Origin: Pecten maximus
Lineage: Eukaryota
Assembly: GCF_902652985.1 (NCBI RefSeq)
Contig: NC_047018.1
Location: 9,548,001-9,612,000 of the forward strand
Reading direction: 5' to 3'
Length of the DNA: 64,000 nucleotides
How positions within the stretch are numbered: the first letter of the stretch is position 1; each line of letters begins with the position of its first letter. A program made the position numbers and the translations under genes. Of the stretch, positions 1 to 13,300 are shown one piece after another. The notes below the pieces were generated by a model that was given only the letters and a program-made list of their open reading frames with translations, was not told where the DNA came from and did not search any database.

Positions 1-191
1 CATCGTTAGGAAACTAGAGTATGTGTGCAGAACCAATCATTATATATATGGCATATTAACTAAAACAAGAATCCAAGCTTCAATTGGTATAACAGTAACT
101 ATAACTTTTGACCTTCAGACCTAATAACCAAGCCAGTTTGGATTGTGAGAAAATTTTACTATGGATTAAAAAGTGAAGATTTGAAGCTTGC

Positions 192-3100
192 CTTGTAGTG
201 GAGGTTTGACAGAATGGAGGCAGCAGGGTACGCTGACTATACACTGACTCTTAGGGATTGGGGAGATTCCCTTTTGTTGTAAAAATGTCTCAACATCAAC
301 ATCATCAGTTTTTGTCTCAACTGTTGGTTTCCTACATCTGCCAATAATGAGAACTTCGTAAGGTTTTCTGTGTGGGGAGTCAAAGGCGTAGACCATCTCG
401 CCTTCTTTTGTGACCTTGATAAATGAAATACATATGTATACAATTCTTTATGTAAATGAGAAAATGAGCAAAAGCTCAAATTTATTCCTATGTATTACTA
501 GCTAATTTCGAGTCAAATGGTAAGATTTCCACTGCCAAGACTATCACGAGATGTCATTGTGACATCTTTTTTTTATGTCACTGTAGTATTACTACACATC
601 TAATGATAATGATGTGAATGACATGACAAAACGAGCACATTACTAGTATGTGATAATAAGCGTTCTTATTAATGTAGAATATCCATACTACACATTGAAT
701 AGTGACAGAAAAATTACCTTAACCCAATGCCATTCAGCCACAAACTGAACTGACCATCCAGGGAACAGTGTATCTTTAATGAAATGAATATGCTGCCATC
801 TGTTGGTCACCCATACAACCACAAGAGAGTTATCTGTCCCTAGTCTTGGAATAGGAATGTCTAATAAATCTTCGTTACTAATACTGTTGTATCTGAAGAA
901 TACAAAGAATAAATTTGTTTGCATGATACCAGCTAGACGAAACAGTATATGACAAAATGTGTATATATACTGATCATATTGAGATACATTTTTTCAATGT
1001 CGGCAAGTATCTTAAATTAATCTTTACCCAATAAAATTGGTGTTTATTCATCAGCAATAAAACCTCATCATAGTATATGAAACTCAAACATCCTAAGAAG
1101 TACTTGCATACAAAATAAGGCACTTGTCAGTGATCTAGTGGGAAGACCAAGCCTGTACAGGAAACAAATAGTCGTAACCCTGTAGGTAGTGATGACCTTG
1201 ACAAAGCCTGCACAGGAAACAATAGGCCATAATCCTGTAGGTAGTGATGACCTTGACAATGCCTGCACAGGAAACAATGGGCTATAACCCTGTAGGTAGT
1301 GATGACCTTGACAAAGCCTGTACAGGAAACAATAGGCCATAATCCTGTAGGTAGTGATGACCTTGACAATGCCTGCACAGGAAACAATGGGCTATAACCC
1401 TGTAGGTAGTGATGACCTTGACAATGCCTGCACAGGAAACAATGGGCTATAACCCTGTAGGTAGTGATGACCTTGACAAAGCCTGCACAGGCAACAATAG
1501 GCCATAACCCTGTACGTAGTGATGACCTTGACAAAGCCTGTACAGGAAACAAAGGGCCATAACCCTGTAGGTAGTGATGACCTTGACAAAGCCTGCACAG
1601 GAAACAATAGGCCATAACCCTGTACGTAGTGATGACCTTGACAAAGCCTGTACAGGAAACAAAGGGCCATAACCCTGTATGTGGTGAGGACCGGAACAAA
1701 GCTGACATTAGAAACAAACGGACATATTTCTGTATTAAGTGATGACCTTGACAAATCCTACTTAAGTTTCATGAAGTTATCTTAAATGGTTTTGGAGTAA
1801 TGCTTAAGAAACGGGAGTCCGCAGGACACATAGGCGGACAGACAGAGACCCAATTTATTAGCTCCTGCAAACACATTTCTCAGGGAGTAACAAAAGGAAG
1901 AAACTCTGTAATTTGGTGATGAGAGTTACAGTAGATATCTGAAACTATTTAGGGTGCCAATTCAATAATGGTAAGTAGATTAAAGTATATGTATTCATTG
2001 AAACATGGAAGCTTACATACAGACAATGACACTGAGGCCAATGGATTGATGATTTCTATGTATACATTATGTGACACAAAACATCTCACAGTTTAGAAAC
2101 TGATTTAAATATCATATATTAGTTTCTATCCATCACAGTTATCAAAGTTGTAAAATATCTTGTATTGACTTTTACTCACTTTTTCAGTCTTTTGACAGAT
2201 TTATTTTGCCATGGAGGGTCCATCACAATCATATCAAAACAGGGAAATTCTGAAACAAGCATTGCATATAAATGTTTATAGAGTATATTTGAAGTAAGTA
2301 AATAAGGCCTGGAACCTAAACTTCATACCTACAAACTCACGACTTTATACGACAGATTTACAAATAAAACAATGAATCTAGAAAACTTTCTTTATAAACA
2401 TACAAATTAAGCAAATGATTCACAACAATTATAAACCAGCTCATGTAATACTGTCAATAAATTTTAAAGTAAGCTTCCACTCAGTCTGATTGAAAATGTC
2501 TTTCTGTTCAACAACCAAAATCAAACTTCAATTTAAGGTCAAATTTTTTTCCTCTTGAGTGCATCAATTCGGTGCATTTTAAGTTTTGTTGACAAAACAA
2601 AAATTACTTTACATGTTAGATCATATCTCTAATACCTTTTCAATCCTATCTTGATACCCTGTTACTAGTAATACAATGTACCTTGTAACCTTGGCATTTG
2701 TGAGAATGTCACATCTACAAGTTTATGATACATAAAAAAGTGTCAATGTATTTTCCCTCTTTTAGCTTGAATTATCAGAATCGTATTTCTCAATAACACA
2801 CAAAGTCTTGTAGATAAATCATGGCAGTTAAACAACATTTTACTGTACAGTGGTTACCTGTGTTTGTCTCCAGCAAGCCGAGACAGCTGATGTCTGACAA
2901 GAGGAAGGAACACCTTGGTGGCAGAAGGTAAAGTTCATCGTCCAGGCTGACTACAGCAGGGTCAGCACCATGGTAATGGACAGGTCTGTTGATAATGCTG
3001 CTCACCATAACAGAATCTGGAATTTTTTTTATCACAATTTTTAACAAGGAAAAATTTAATTCACTTCAATTTTACTCTGGCAAAAATATGTGATACATTG

Positions 3101-4072
3101 TACATGTACATATACTTCCATAATTGAAAGAAAATTATGAAATATCTTTGCTTGTATTATTGTAAATTAACTGAATAATGTGTCACAAAATACAGAACTA
3201 TGTACATGTATGTATTATGTAAAGTCAGATAACATGATTGGGCCAGACTATACTCTCATCACAATGTTTATCGACCTCGAAAGTCAAAATTATTTTTCTC
3301 CGTTAAGTTACCATTGTTCTTTAATGCTATCCCCTTGAGGTGAAGGCTGCTGGTAATGTCAGTCTGGTAACAAGATTCTTGTAGATGATCATCAGTCTGT
3401 TCAACTGATTTCATTGCTGACCGCGCCTTCAGATTGTTGTCTAAATCTTGTAAATTCTTTTCAGTAGGGAAATAGCCAGCCTCCTTTCCCAATTCTAGTA
3501 ATGTATTCACGGCTGTTAGAACTTGATCTTTGATTTGATTGTGATAATCGGCAGCTTTCAGTTCACCCCAATTCAACTCAGCTTTCCGTTTCTTCTTCAA
3601 AAATATATTTAGATATTAATGATTACAATACATATTTTTCCATTCTAGGTTTGTTTTTTGTTTTTGTATAAAAAACAGTTTCATTTTTTGGGAAGATGTT
3701 TGATACATAATTTTTTCATTTTCTGTACATTAAAAAAAAGAAATGATGGGAAAGGCATGAAAACATCATGGGTTTTATTCATTTGAAATCTTAATGTTAG
3801 TTACTTATCAAACACTATTTCTATTGTTCAAAACATCTGAATACCTTTCGTTTTCTTTGTACACTTGATTCCCCTTCTTCTGTTGTCCTTTCTTTTGTAG
3901 CTGCAAACTGACTGTCCATCATAAAAGGACTCTTTATATGAAAAAGGTCAGCTTGGAATTGAAATGTCAGGTCTCTGCCAGATGACTGTGCACTCTCCTG
4001 ACTGTAAATCTTATCTAAGTACTGTTTGTGGTCTAAAACCCAACCAAACTCAGATCTGCAGATAACGGCCAT
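192..4072 (-). CDS. METTL4: N6-adenine-specific methyltransferase METTL4 (MT-A70 family), spliced, 3' end outside the window
   Basis: Coding exons (minus): 4072-3845, 3594-3312, 3016-2858, 2249-2180, 892-718, 414-192; phases join correctly. Encodes 'LYLLPPRCSFLLSDI', catalytic 'FDMIVMDPPWQNKSVKR', 'VVVWVTNR', 'AEWHWVKVTKEGE', 'SPHRKPYE' and 'HSVKPPL', all typical of METTL4. The final exon was not found in 1-191. Confidence 0.93.
1105..1892. mobile_element. Non-autonomous Helentron/HINE-like bivalve element carrying a 55-bp tandem array
   Basis: TGACCTTGA-containing 55-bp units (~11 copies, ~1147-1755), then 'aagtttcatgaag', a short GGAC/AGAC microsatellite and a terminal imperfect hairpin (ctcctg...cagggag). 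Layout resembles CvA/pearl-type elements. Confidence 0.5.
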
Positions 4073-4232
4073 ATCCGATCATCTATCCATAATCATGTAC
4101 ATGTGGTTATCTCCTAGGAACAAAGCAAATCACACACATCAAATGTAATATTATGTAATGTGAAGCAAGGGCATTAGAGTAATTTTACAAATTAGACAGT
4201 GCTCTATATAGATGTTGTATATTATTATCAGT

Positions 4233-4363
4233 TACTCCTATCACATAAGAAGCCGCTGGTTGGCTCTTTTTCTATCGGATATTATTTTGCCGACTGCGAC
4301 CGAGGTTACACGGCGCCTGTCAAAAGTATCTCGCCGTGTAAAACCTCTAACATTGTTGGAGTA
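4233..4363. mobile_element. MITE copy 1 (TACTCC...GGAGTA termini, 10-bp TSD)
   Basis: TSD TATTATCAGT at 4223-4232 and 4364-4373; near-identical to the copy at 5337-5458. Confidence 0.85.
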
Positions 4364-5336
4364 TATTATCAGTATGCTGTTTGCATCCTAAAAAGTGCTG
4401 TACCAGTCTCTGTTAACGATGTTTATCTGAGAAAGAGAATACAAAAAAAAAATTGTATGTTCATTAAAAAAAAAATGTCCAATCGAATGACAGACCTACG
4501 CTTGAGAACTTGTAAGAGTCATTTCCCCATCAGTACTCATTACATATTAGATGTAGCCAGGAACCATGTTATAAGTTGGGCTGTGACACCATGATTATTA
4601 TATTTATGCCAATTAGCTATCAATTAATGAGTGGTGTTGATCAGTAATTGGCAAAAAAAATTTTTAATGAAAATTTGAGAATTTTTTTTCTTTCTAAACG
4701 CTTTTATTCAGTATAGTTTATATTACTGATATTATATCTCTACATATAAATCATTTTAAATTAACTTGCAGCACCCAATATTAACTCTTCATCTCGACTC
4801 CAATCTTACTGAAATTAAACTTTAATTGTCTTAAATTTCACATTAACATTTTAGCATACATTTAGTACTCACACTTTATTTAACCAGCACATATTTGAGA
4901 AATTTAACACAAAGTTGACTAGCCAACGAACGTTTGGTCTGAATGGCAACGTTCATGCACAGGCAACTGGGTCGTCTGTGTCAAGACACATCTGGAGCAA
5001 GTCTACATGGGTTAGTCACACACGTACCTATATGTCTGATTAACTTACACAACTTCTTGGTGTGTAATGAAAATCTAAGAATTCAGAGAGGTTTTCTTCT
5101 TTTTTTTCTTTTTTTTTTGGTGAAAGTTACAATATCATTGTATTAGTGTTTATCTACGTATTTCTCAAATCTTACTCGGCACAAGTGTATACTGAAGCAT
5201 CTTAATTACTTTTTGTGAACGTGCTGAACTTATTTATTTTTAGTCCTATCTATTTGACATCATATTTTCTTTCTTTAAAGCAAAAATATCACTGTACAGT
5301 GTACTTATAATATCAGCTGAATATTGCTATTCTGCT

Positions 5337-5458
5337 TACTCCTATAACATAAGAGGCCGCTGGTCGGCTCTTTTTCTATCGGATATGATTTCGCCGACTG
5401 CGACACGGCGCCTGTCAAAAGTATCTCGCCGTGTAAAACCTCTAACATTGTTGGAGTA
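5337..5458. mobile_element. MITE copy 2 (TACTCC...GGAGTA termini, 10-bp TSD)
   Basis: TSD CTATTCTGCT at 5327-5336 and 5459-5468; 9 bp shorter internally than copy 1. Confidence 0.85.
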
Positions 5459-5644
5459 CTATTCTGCTATGGTATATTTCATTATCAATTTGTTCACAAC
5501 ATGATCACGTTTGACATCTATCAATAAGAATATAAATCAATAAACAAATCCCTGTGGTACTGATGTGTGACAGGACCAGTTTGTGATTCAAGTTTTTGTG
5601 GTAACTGTTGACAGTTCTGTCTTCAAAATTGCCTATATACTCAC

Positions 5645-5790
5645 AACAAATCATCGCCATCGAATGCACGTGTACTTTTGGTTTGACCGGTTGTAAACAA
5701 CTCATTCTAATATAACACCGGCTCTCATACATTTCCGGATTACAATATTTGGCCCGGATTCGTTAGTTATTGTAAATATCCGGACATAAA
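5645..5790 (-). promoter_or_regulatory. Putative METTL4 non-coding first exon and promoter
   Basis: GTGAGT donor at 5644-5639 (minus); acceptor TTCCTAG just before 4113, upstream of the ATG; locally CpG-rich with three CCGGA (ETS-like) motifs at ~5735-5785. Inferred from motifs only. Confidence 0.4.
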
Positions 5791-6900
5791 ATGTTTGACG
5801 TTTATCAAAATAATTTGCATTTTATATCTTTATATACATTTGGCTGGCAGAAGATGAATGACACTTGATTTATTATAGTAAAAGAACAATGTACATCTAT
5901 GTACTGTAACATCAATAAATAGTTATTTATTAGTGCTTATTTATCAATATTAATCTTGTTCTCTTCATCGATATAAATAAATGATTATTAATATTAGAAA
6001 ATTATTAATTGCATAAGTAAATGAATAAATGTCTGTTTTTATTCCACAACAGCATAACTTTTGATGTATTTTGCTACTTCTTCAATAAACTCCCTCTATA
6101 TGTATAAAGATATCTTCCCTCACCTCAATCAGGCCAACTCAATACATTTGATGATAGTTGTTAAAAGCAAATTCAATTTTATCTATATTATATTACACAT
6201 CTGAAAGCTGTTACATCAAACAGCTATCAATATTGTATTATAATACAATGTATATAATTTCTTGAACTTTTCTACTTGAAATCATCTTGATCAGCTATAT
6301 TTTTTATGTCCTTTGCAAAATAGTATAGAAGAATGTCATAGAAACATCCATTTTATGAAGGGTTAAATGTCACTTGTAGCGAACGTTGTTTCACATGTAG
6401 CACATGGACTTCCAAAGATATAGCAAAAGAAATCCCGAAAGCTCCTACGTGAAATAGAAACAGCGATATGCTCCAGTAATAATTGTAAAGCTTTTTTTTT
6501 ATTTATGGATGTGAAATGTCAAATATAGGTCATATTGATATATTACGTGACACTGTCATTCCTCAGATTCTGAAGATCCTAAATGAAGTGTTATATAGTA
6601 GATATGATACGGAAGCCATTTTTGCCACCCAAAGGTCAAAAAGACAAAACATAGGCAGTAGAGTTTACTTTTTGTTGTATGCAACAATTTTTTATCTCAA
6701 GATGTACCCCCACATAAACTTTTACAGGTAACAGTACGTGTATAGGAGAATGAATCCTAAGATAATTAATCCATAGACAGATGAATGGCTACAGACATCA
6801 TACATACTATAAAACACCGTCCAATCCTCCACACTTCAATGTGGGATTATAATACATGATAAATTAACAAAACAAACAATGACAATTTCATCTTGAAAGT

Positions 6901-6906
6901 TTTATT
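6901..6906 (-). terminator. Putative IFT74 polyadenylation signal AATAAA
   Basis: AATAAA on the minus strand ~440 nt after the stop codon, followed by a GT/T-rich tract. Confidence 0.45.
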
Positions 6907-7348
6907 ATCACAGGGAAAAGGACGGAATGCATATTCTACAAATATAAATAAATGAATGTATCCATTGATAATCATGAATATTTAACAGTTCAATATCAAT
7001 TTACTATTGATATAGTATCTTATTTTGGTCATTAATCCTTTCACAATAACAATGAGCTCTAACTTATCTGCCAACCACCTTTCAAAGCCAATGTTTATCC
7101 TGAGCCATTCTCTGATCACTAATGCCTGTAGCTTTGTACCACATTTGATCATTTTATGTCTGACATAATCATCTAATTAGCACTCTCGTTTGTTGATATC
7201 AGAGTCCTGATGATTACTGACAAGAAACTCATAAAAGCTCTCCAGTCTTTAACATATTTGTATACATGTACACCAAGTGGCAGTTACATTTCGGGGTTCT
7301 ATTTCCTATCAGGTGGCTGTCTCCTCCAGAGCTTCCAATTCTGAACTA

Positions 7349-10300
7349 TCACATGGTTGGTTTGCCAGCCATTTGATTTTGAAGTAAAGTGTTGTAGTCC
7401 TCAATAGATGTGGACACTTTCCGACTGACCGGACGGAAGTCACACTCCATGGTTTTAGCTGCAATGACTAGTACCACAGTTAAGGAAACAATAATAATAG
7501 AAAACATGCTGATATAATGATGACAATCCCTACAGTTGTATCTTATTCTATTTCTATGATGTATCTTAAGCTGATATGATGATGACAAGCCCTGTAGTTG
7601 TATCTTATTCTATAATGTATCTTAAGCTAATATAATAATGACAAGGCCTACACTTGTATCTTATTCTATGATGTATCTTAAGCTGATATAATAATGACAA
7701 GGCCTACACTTGTATCTTATTCTATGATGTATCTTAAGCTGATATAATAATGACAAGGCCTACACTTGTATCTTATTCTATGATGTATCTTAAGCTGATA
7801 TAATGATGACAAGGCCTACACTTGTGTCTTATTCTATTTCTATGATTTATCTAAGAAAGCACTGCACAGCTATTTGGCTTTACCAACGAAACTAATGTTT
7901 ACATTGCTGCCAACTTTAGACTAGTGTGTAGGAATACATTGTTAACGGTACACAAGGTCAGGCTCCAATTCAGCACACATACGCTTTTTTAATATTGATC
8001 AAAAAAAAATTTATTAGCTATGATGCAAATCAAAAGAATACGTGAATTGAAAATGTGAATTTTAAAATTTCTCAAAGAAATGGAAAAAGATATGATGTTA
8101 TTGTGTAACTATATTCTGTATTGTTCCTGTAGTTGACTGCCTTTCCTATCAAATTAGAATTGGGCTGTTTTGAAATTCCATCAAATGTCAGGCTGTTCCA
8201 CCAGTGTGTATAACTGCATTTTTTTTACACGCGTCGTGTTGAAATATTTGTAAAAGGAAAGAAAAAAGAAAATGCAGTTTACACAAAAATATGTCAAACA
8301 CATATATACACAATTTCTGAAAATTGAATTATATAAGCCATAAAAAATAGTAATTTTCTCAAAATCCCAGGAATGGTATAATTGAAAAGGATACAGTCTT
8401 TCATGACAAAGTTATTCTGTTCGTGATGTTGCCACTTTCGCTCCAGGTTTTCCAGCTTAAATTAAAATAGATATTAATTAAGTGAATTTTTGTCTTGAAA
8501 CCTTAACAGTTGAATTAAAAATGAATCTTTATTTTTTCAGTAAACTCATATACCGGTACATTGTATGCAAATAAACCATTTAACATATACTAATTCCAAA
8601 CAAAGTTATTTACATTATTTTGTGTATCAGTGGGTTGTATTCTTAATCAATTGAACTGAAAAAACATAACTACGTATAGGAAAGATATTTAACAGTGTAG
8701 TATACAGAATCCGGAGATAAACATTTGATACACTCAATTTTACTATTTGGAAAATCCATATTTACCTGGTTGAAGGTCTCATTGTCCTTCAGGTGAGATT
8801 TCAGTCCTTCATACTTTGCTGTTAGATGCTGCATTGTTTTCTTGAAGGTGTCTCTGCGTTTTTGTAAAACTATCCTGTCCTCCATCAGTTTCTGAAAATA
8901 ATCATTCAAAACGATGTTACCTTACAATAACATTCATTTTTACCTAACCGAATACATGTACATGTATACATGTATAAACTTCCTTTTTTACCAGCAATAG
9001 GTGAATAAAGAAATAATCTCCATACAATGTACACTATGTTGAACACCTACAATATTCTCTCTGATACCACTGACAGTATCAATGACTCAAAGAACCTATG
9101 TTTATTGAAGATCCTTGACCATTTCCTAAAAATCAAAACTGTTCATTTTGATAACTTTAATGTGGGTAACAAAAGGGGGTTGGAGAGGACCCTACATCCT
9201 TGCAAGGAATTCAGTTTCATAGCGACTGTCCTGGGTTGGATACCTTAACATGTCAGTACTCCAGACTAAATGTCCCGTACAGCCAATGGATCCCTGTATA
9301 AAGCTACTGGCCAGGTAACATGTCAGTACTCCAGACTAAATGTCCCGTACAGCCGATGGATCCCTGTATAAAGCTACTGGCCAGGTAACATGTCAGTACT
9401 CCAGACTAAATGTCCTATACAGCTGATGGATCCCTGTATAAAGCTACTGGCCAGGTAACATGTCAGTACTCCAGACTAAATGTCCCGTACAGCCGATGGA
9501 TCCCTGTATAAAGCTACTGGCTATGTAACATGTCAGTACTCCAGACTAAATGTCCTGTACAGCCAATGGATCCCTGTATAAAGCTACTGGCTAGGTAACA
9601 TGTCAGTACTCCAGACTAAATGTCCTGTACAGCCGATGGATCCCTGTATAAAGCTACTGGCTATGTAACATGTCAGTACTCCAGACTAAATGTCCTATAC
9701 AGCCGATGGATCCCTGTATAAAGCTACTGGCTATGTAACATGTCAGTACTCCAGACTAAATGTCCTGTACAGCCGATGGATCCCTGTATAAAGCTACTGG
9801 CCAGGTAACATGTCAGTACTCCAGACTAAATGTCCCGTACAGCCGATGGATCCCTGTATAAAGCTACTGGCCAGGTAACATGTCAGTACTCCAGACTAAA
9901 TGTCCGGTACAGCCGATGGATCCCTGTATAAAGCTACTGGCCAGGTAACATGTCAGTACTCCAGACTAAATGTCCCGTACAGCCGATGGATCCCTGTATA
10001 AAGCTACAGGCCAGGTAACATGTCAGTACTCCAGACTAAATGTCCCGTACAGCCGATGGATCCCTGTATAAAGCTACTGGCCAGGTAACATGTCAGTACT
10101 CCAGACTAAATGTCCTATACAGCCGATGGATCCCTGTATAAAGCTACTGGCCAGGTAACATGTCAGTACTCCAGACTAAATGTCCTATACAGCCGATGGA
10201 TCCCTGTATAAAGCTACTGGCCAGGTAACATGTCAGTACTCCAGACTAAATGTCCCGTACAGCCGATGGATCCCTGTATAAAAGCTACTGGCTATGCGTT

Positions 10301-13300
10301 TTCAGTTAATCAGCAGAACTAATTTTGGGTTTAACAAACTTGGTCTGTGACCTTCAATATGAGTCAAAAGTTATTAAATTCTTTTCATATACATTGCAGC
10401 ACTTGGTGCCAACGCTCTACTGTTTACATACCAAATGTCATACATTGTTGAACCTGTTAGGTAAAATAGTTTATGAACATAATGATTGTGGCTGAAAATA
10501 CCTTCTTTTTTTCTTCAGAATTTCTTCGGAGTGTGTCAAGGTCAGAATAAACTTCTAATTCTTTGTCCATGGTGGCAATCTTTTCTGCCAATACAACCAA
10601 CTCTGAGTTGATCTTGTCCTCAAGCTGCTCCACTTTTTGTAGGTCCTGCTGTAGCTTGTCACTCTCTACAATCATTATATAAATAGCAGTGAACCTGTGA
10701 CTTACACAAACATGTATATGGCCGTGAACCTGTGACTTACTCACACACACAAACATGTATATGGCAGTGAACCTGTGACTCACACACACAAACATGTATA
10801 TGGCAGTGAACCTGTGACTTACTCACACACACAAACATGTATATGGCAGTGAACCTGTGACTTACTCACACACAAACATGTATATGGCAGTGAACCTGTG
10901 ACTTACTCACACACAAACATGTATATGACAGTGAACCTGTGACTTACTCACACACACAAACATGTATATGGCAGTGAACCTGTGACTTACTCACACACAA
11001 ACATGTATATGGCAGTGAACCTGTGACTTACTCACACACACAAACATGTATATGGCAGTAAACCTATGACTTACTCACACACAAACATGTATATGGCAGT
11101 GAACCTGTGACTTACTCACACACAAACATGTATATGGCAGTGAACCTGTGACTTACTCACACACAAACATGTATATGGCAGTGAACCTGTGACTTACTCA
11201 CACACAAACATGTATATGGCCGTCAACCTGTGACTTACTCACACACAAACATGTATATGGCCGTCAACCTGTGACTTACTCACACACAAACATGTATATG
11301 GCAGTGAACCTGTGACTTACTCACACACAAACATGTATATGGCAGTGAACCTGTGACTTACTCACACACAAACATGTATATGGCCGTCAACCTGTGACTT
11401 ACTCACACACAAACATGTATATGGCCGTCAACCTGTGACTTACTCACACACAAACATGTATATGGCAGTGAACCTGTGACTTACTCACACACAAACATGT
11501 ATATGGCAGTGAACCTGTGACTTACTCACACACACAAACATGTATATGGCAGTGAACCTGTGACTTACTCACACACAAACATGTATATGGCAGTGAACCT
11601 GTGACTTACTCACACACAAACATGTATATGGCAGTGAACCTGTGACTTACTCACACACAAACATGTATATGGCAGTGAACCTGTGACTTACTCACACACA
11701 AACATGTATATGGCAGTAAACCTGTAACTCACACACAAACATGTATATGGCAGTGAACCTGTGACTTACTCACACACAAACATGTATATGGCAGTGAACC
11801 TGTGACTAACTCACACACAAACATGTATATGGCAGTGAACCTGTGACTTACTCACACACACAAACATGTATATGGCAGTGAACCTGTGACTTACTCACAC
11901 ACACAAACATGTATATGGCAGTGAACCTGTGACTTACTCACACACACAAACATGTATATGGCAGTAAACCTGTGACTTACTCACACACACAAACATGTAT
12001 ATGGCAGTGAACCTGTGACTTACTCACACACACAAACATGTATATGGCAGTAAACCTGTGACTTACTCACACACAAACATGTATATGGCAGTGAACCTGT
12101 GACTTACTCACACACACAAACATGTATATGGCAGTAAACCTGTGACTTACTCACACACACAAACATGTATATGACAGTGAACCTGTGACTTACTCACACA
12201 CAAACATGTATATGGCAGTGAACCTGTGACTTACACACAAACATGTATATGGCAGTGAACCTGTGACTTACTCACACACAAACATGTATATGGCAGTGAA
12301 CCTGTGACTTACTCACACACACAAACATGTATATGGCAGTGAACCTGTGACTTACTCACACACACAAACATGTATATGGCAGTGAACCTGTGACTAACTC
12401 ACACACAAACATGTATATGGCAGTGAACCTGTGACTAACTCACACACAAACATGTATATGGCAGTGAACCTGTGACTTACTCACACACAAACATGTATAT
12501 GGCAGTGAACCTGTGACTCACACACAAACATGTATATGGCAGTGAACCTGTGACTTACTCACACACAAACATGTATATGGCTGTGAACCTGTGACTTACT
12601 CACACACACAAACATGTATATGGCCGTGAAACCTGTGACTTACTCACACAAACATGTATATGGCAGTGAACCTGTGACTCACACACAAACATGTATATGG
12701 CAGTGAACCTGTGACTCACACACAAACATGTATATGGCAGTGAACCTGTGACTTACTCACACACACAAACATGTATATGGCAGTAAACCTGTGACTTACT
12801 CACACACAAACATGTATATAGCAGTCAACCTGTGACTTACTCACACACAAACATGTATATAGCAGTCAACCTGTGACTTACTCACACACAAACATGTATA
12901 TGACAGTGAACCTGTGACCTTTTTACACACAATTAAACAAGAAACCCACCAACAGACAAAACAAGGGTTTAGGGAAATTTAGGTGCACGAACCCATGATG
13001 AGGAATTAAAACTTTTTAAAGTCAATTTTTTTTTATCAAAATATAATTTGTATAATCATTTTTTCTAAATATTATCAGAGCCTTAAAATTATAATGATCT
13101 GTTCATCTAATTTAATATCTCAGGTTTTTAAGCTGATTTTTGAAACAGGAAAACTATATGTCAGATTGCCAGAATTCTTCCAGAAAATCAAAAATATTCC
13201 AGTTCAGAGAAATATTTACATGTACATGAAAATTGTATGCTTTGGATTTTTTCCTTCAGACAACTTAAACATAAATGGACAATGTAGATAGACATAATAA

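Noticed and set aside
1068-1754. Several Cys/Tyr-rich ORFs
   Set aside because: Translations of the 55-bp repeat in a METTL4 intron.
192-4072. METTL4 as part of a restriction-modification or defence system
   Set aside because: Ordinary intron-containing animal METTL4 with no partner nuclease; its neighbours are ciliary genes.
4199-4594. 131-aa plus-strand ORF
   Set aside because: Runs through a MITE, antisense to the METTL4 leader intron; no recognisable domain.
9246-10295. Regular 70-bp array as possible CRISPR
   Set aside because: Head-to-tail units with no unique spacers, no cas genes, eukaryotic intron context. The same applies to all arrays here.
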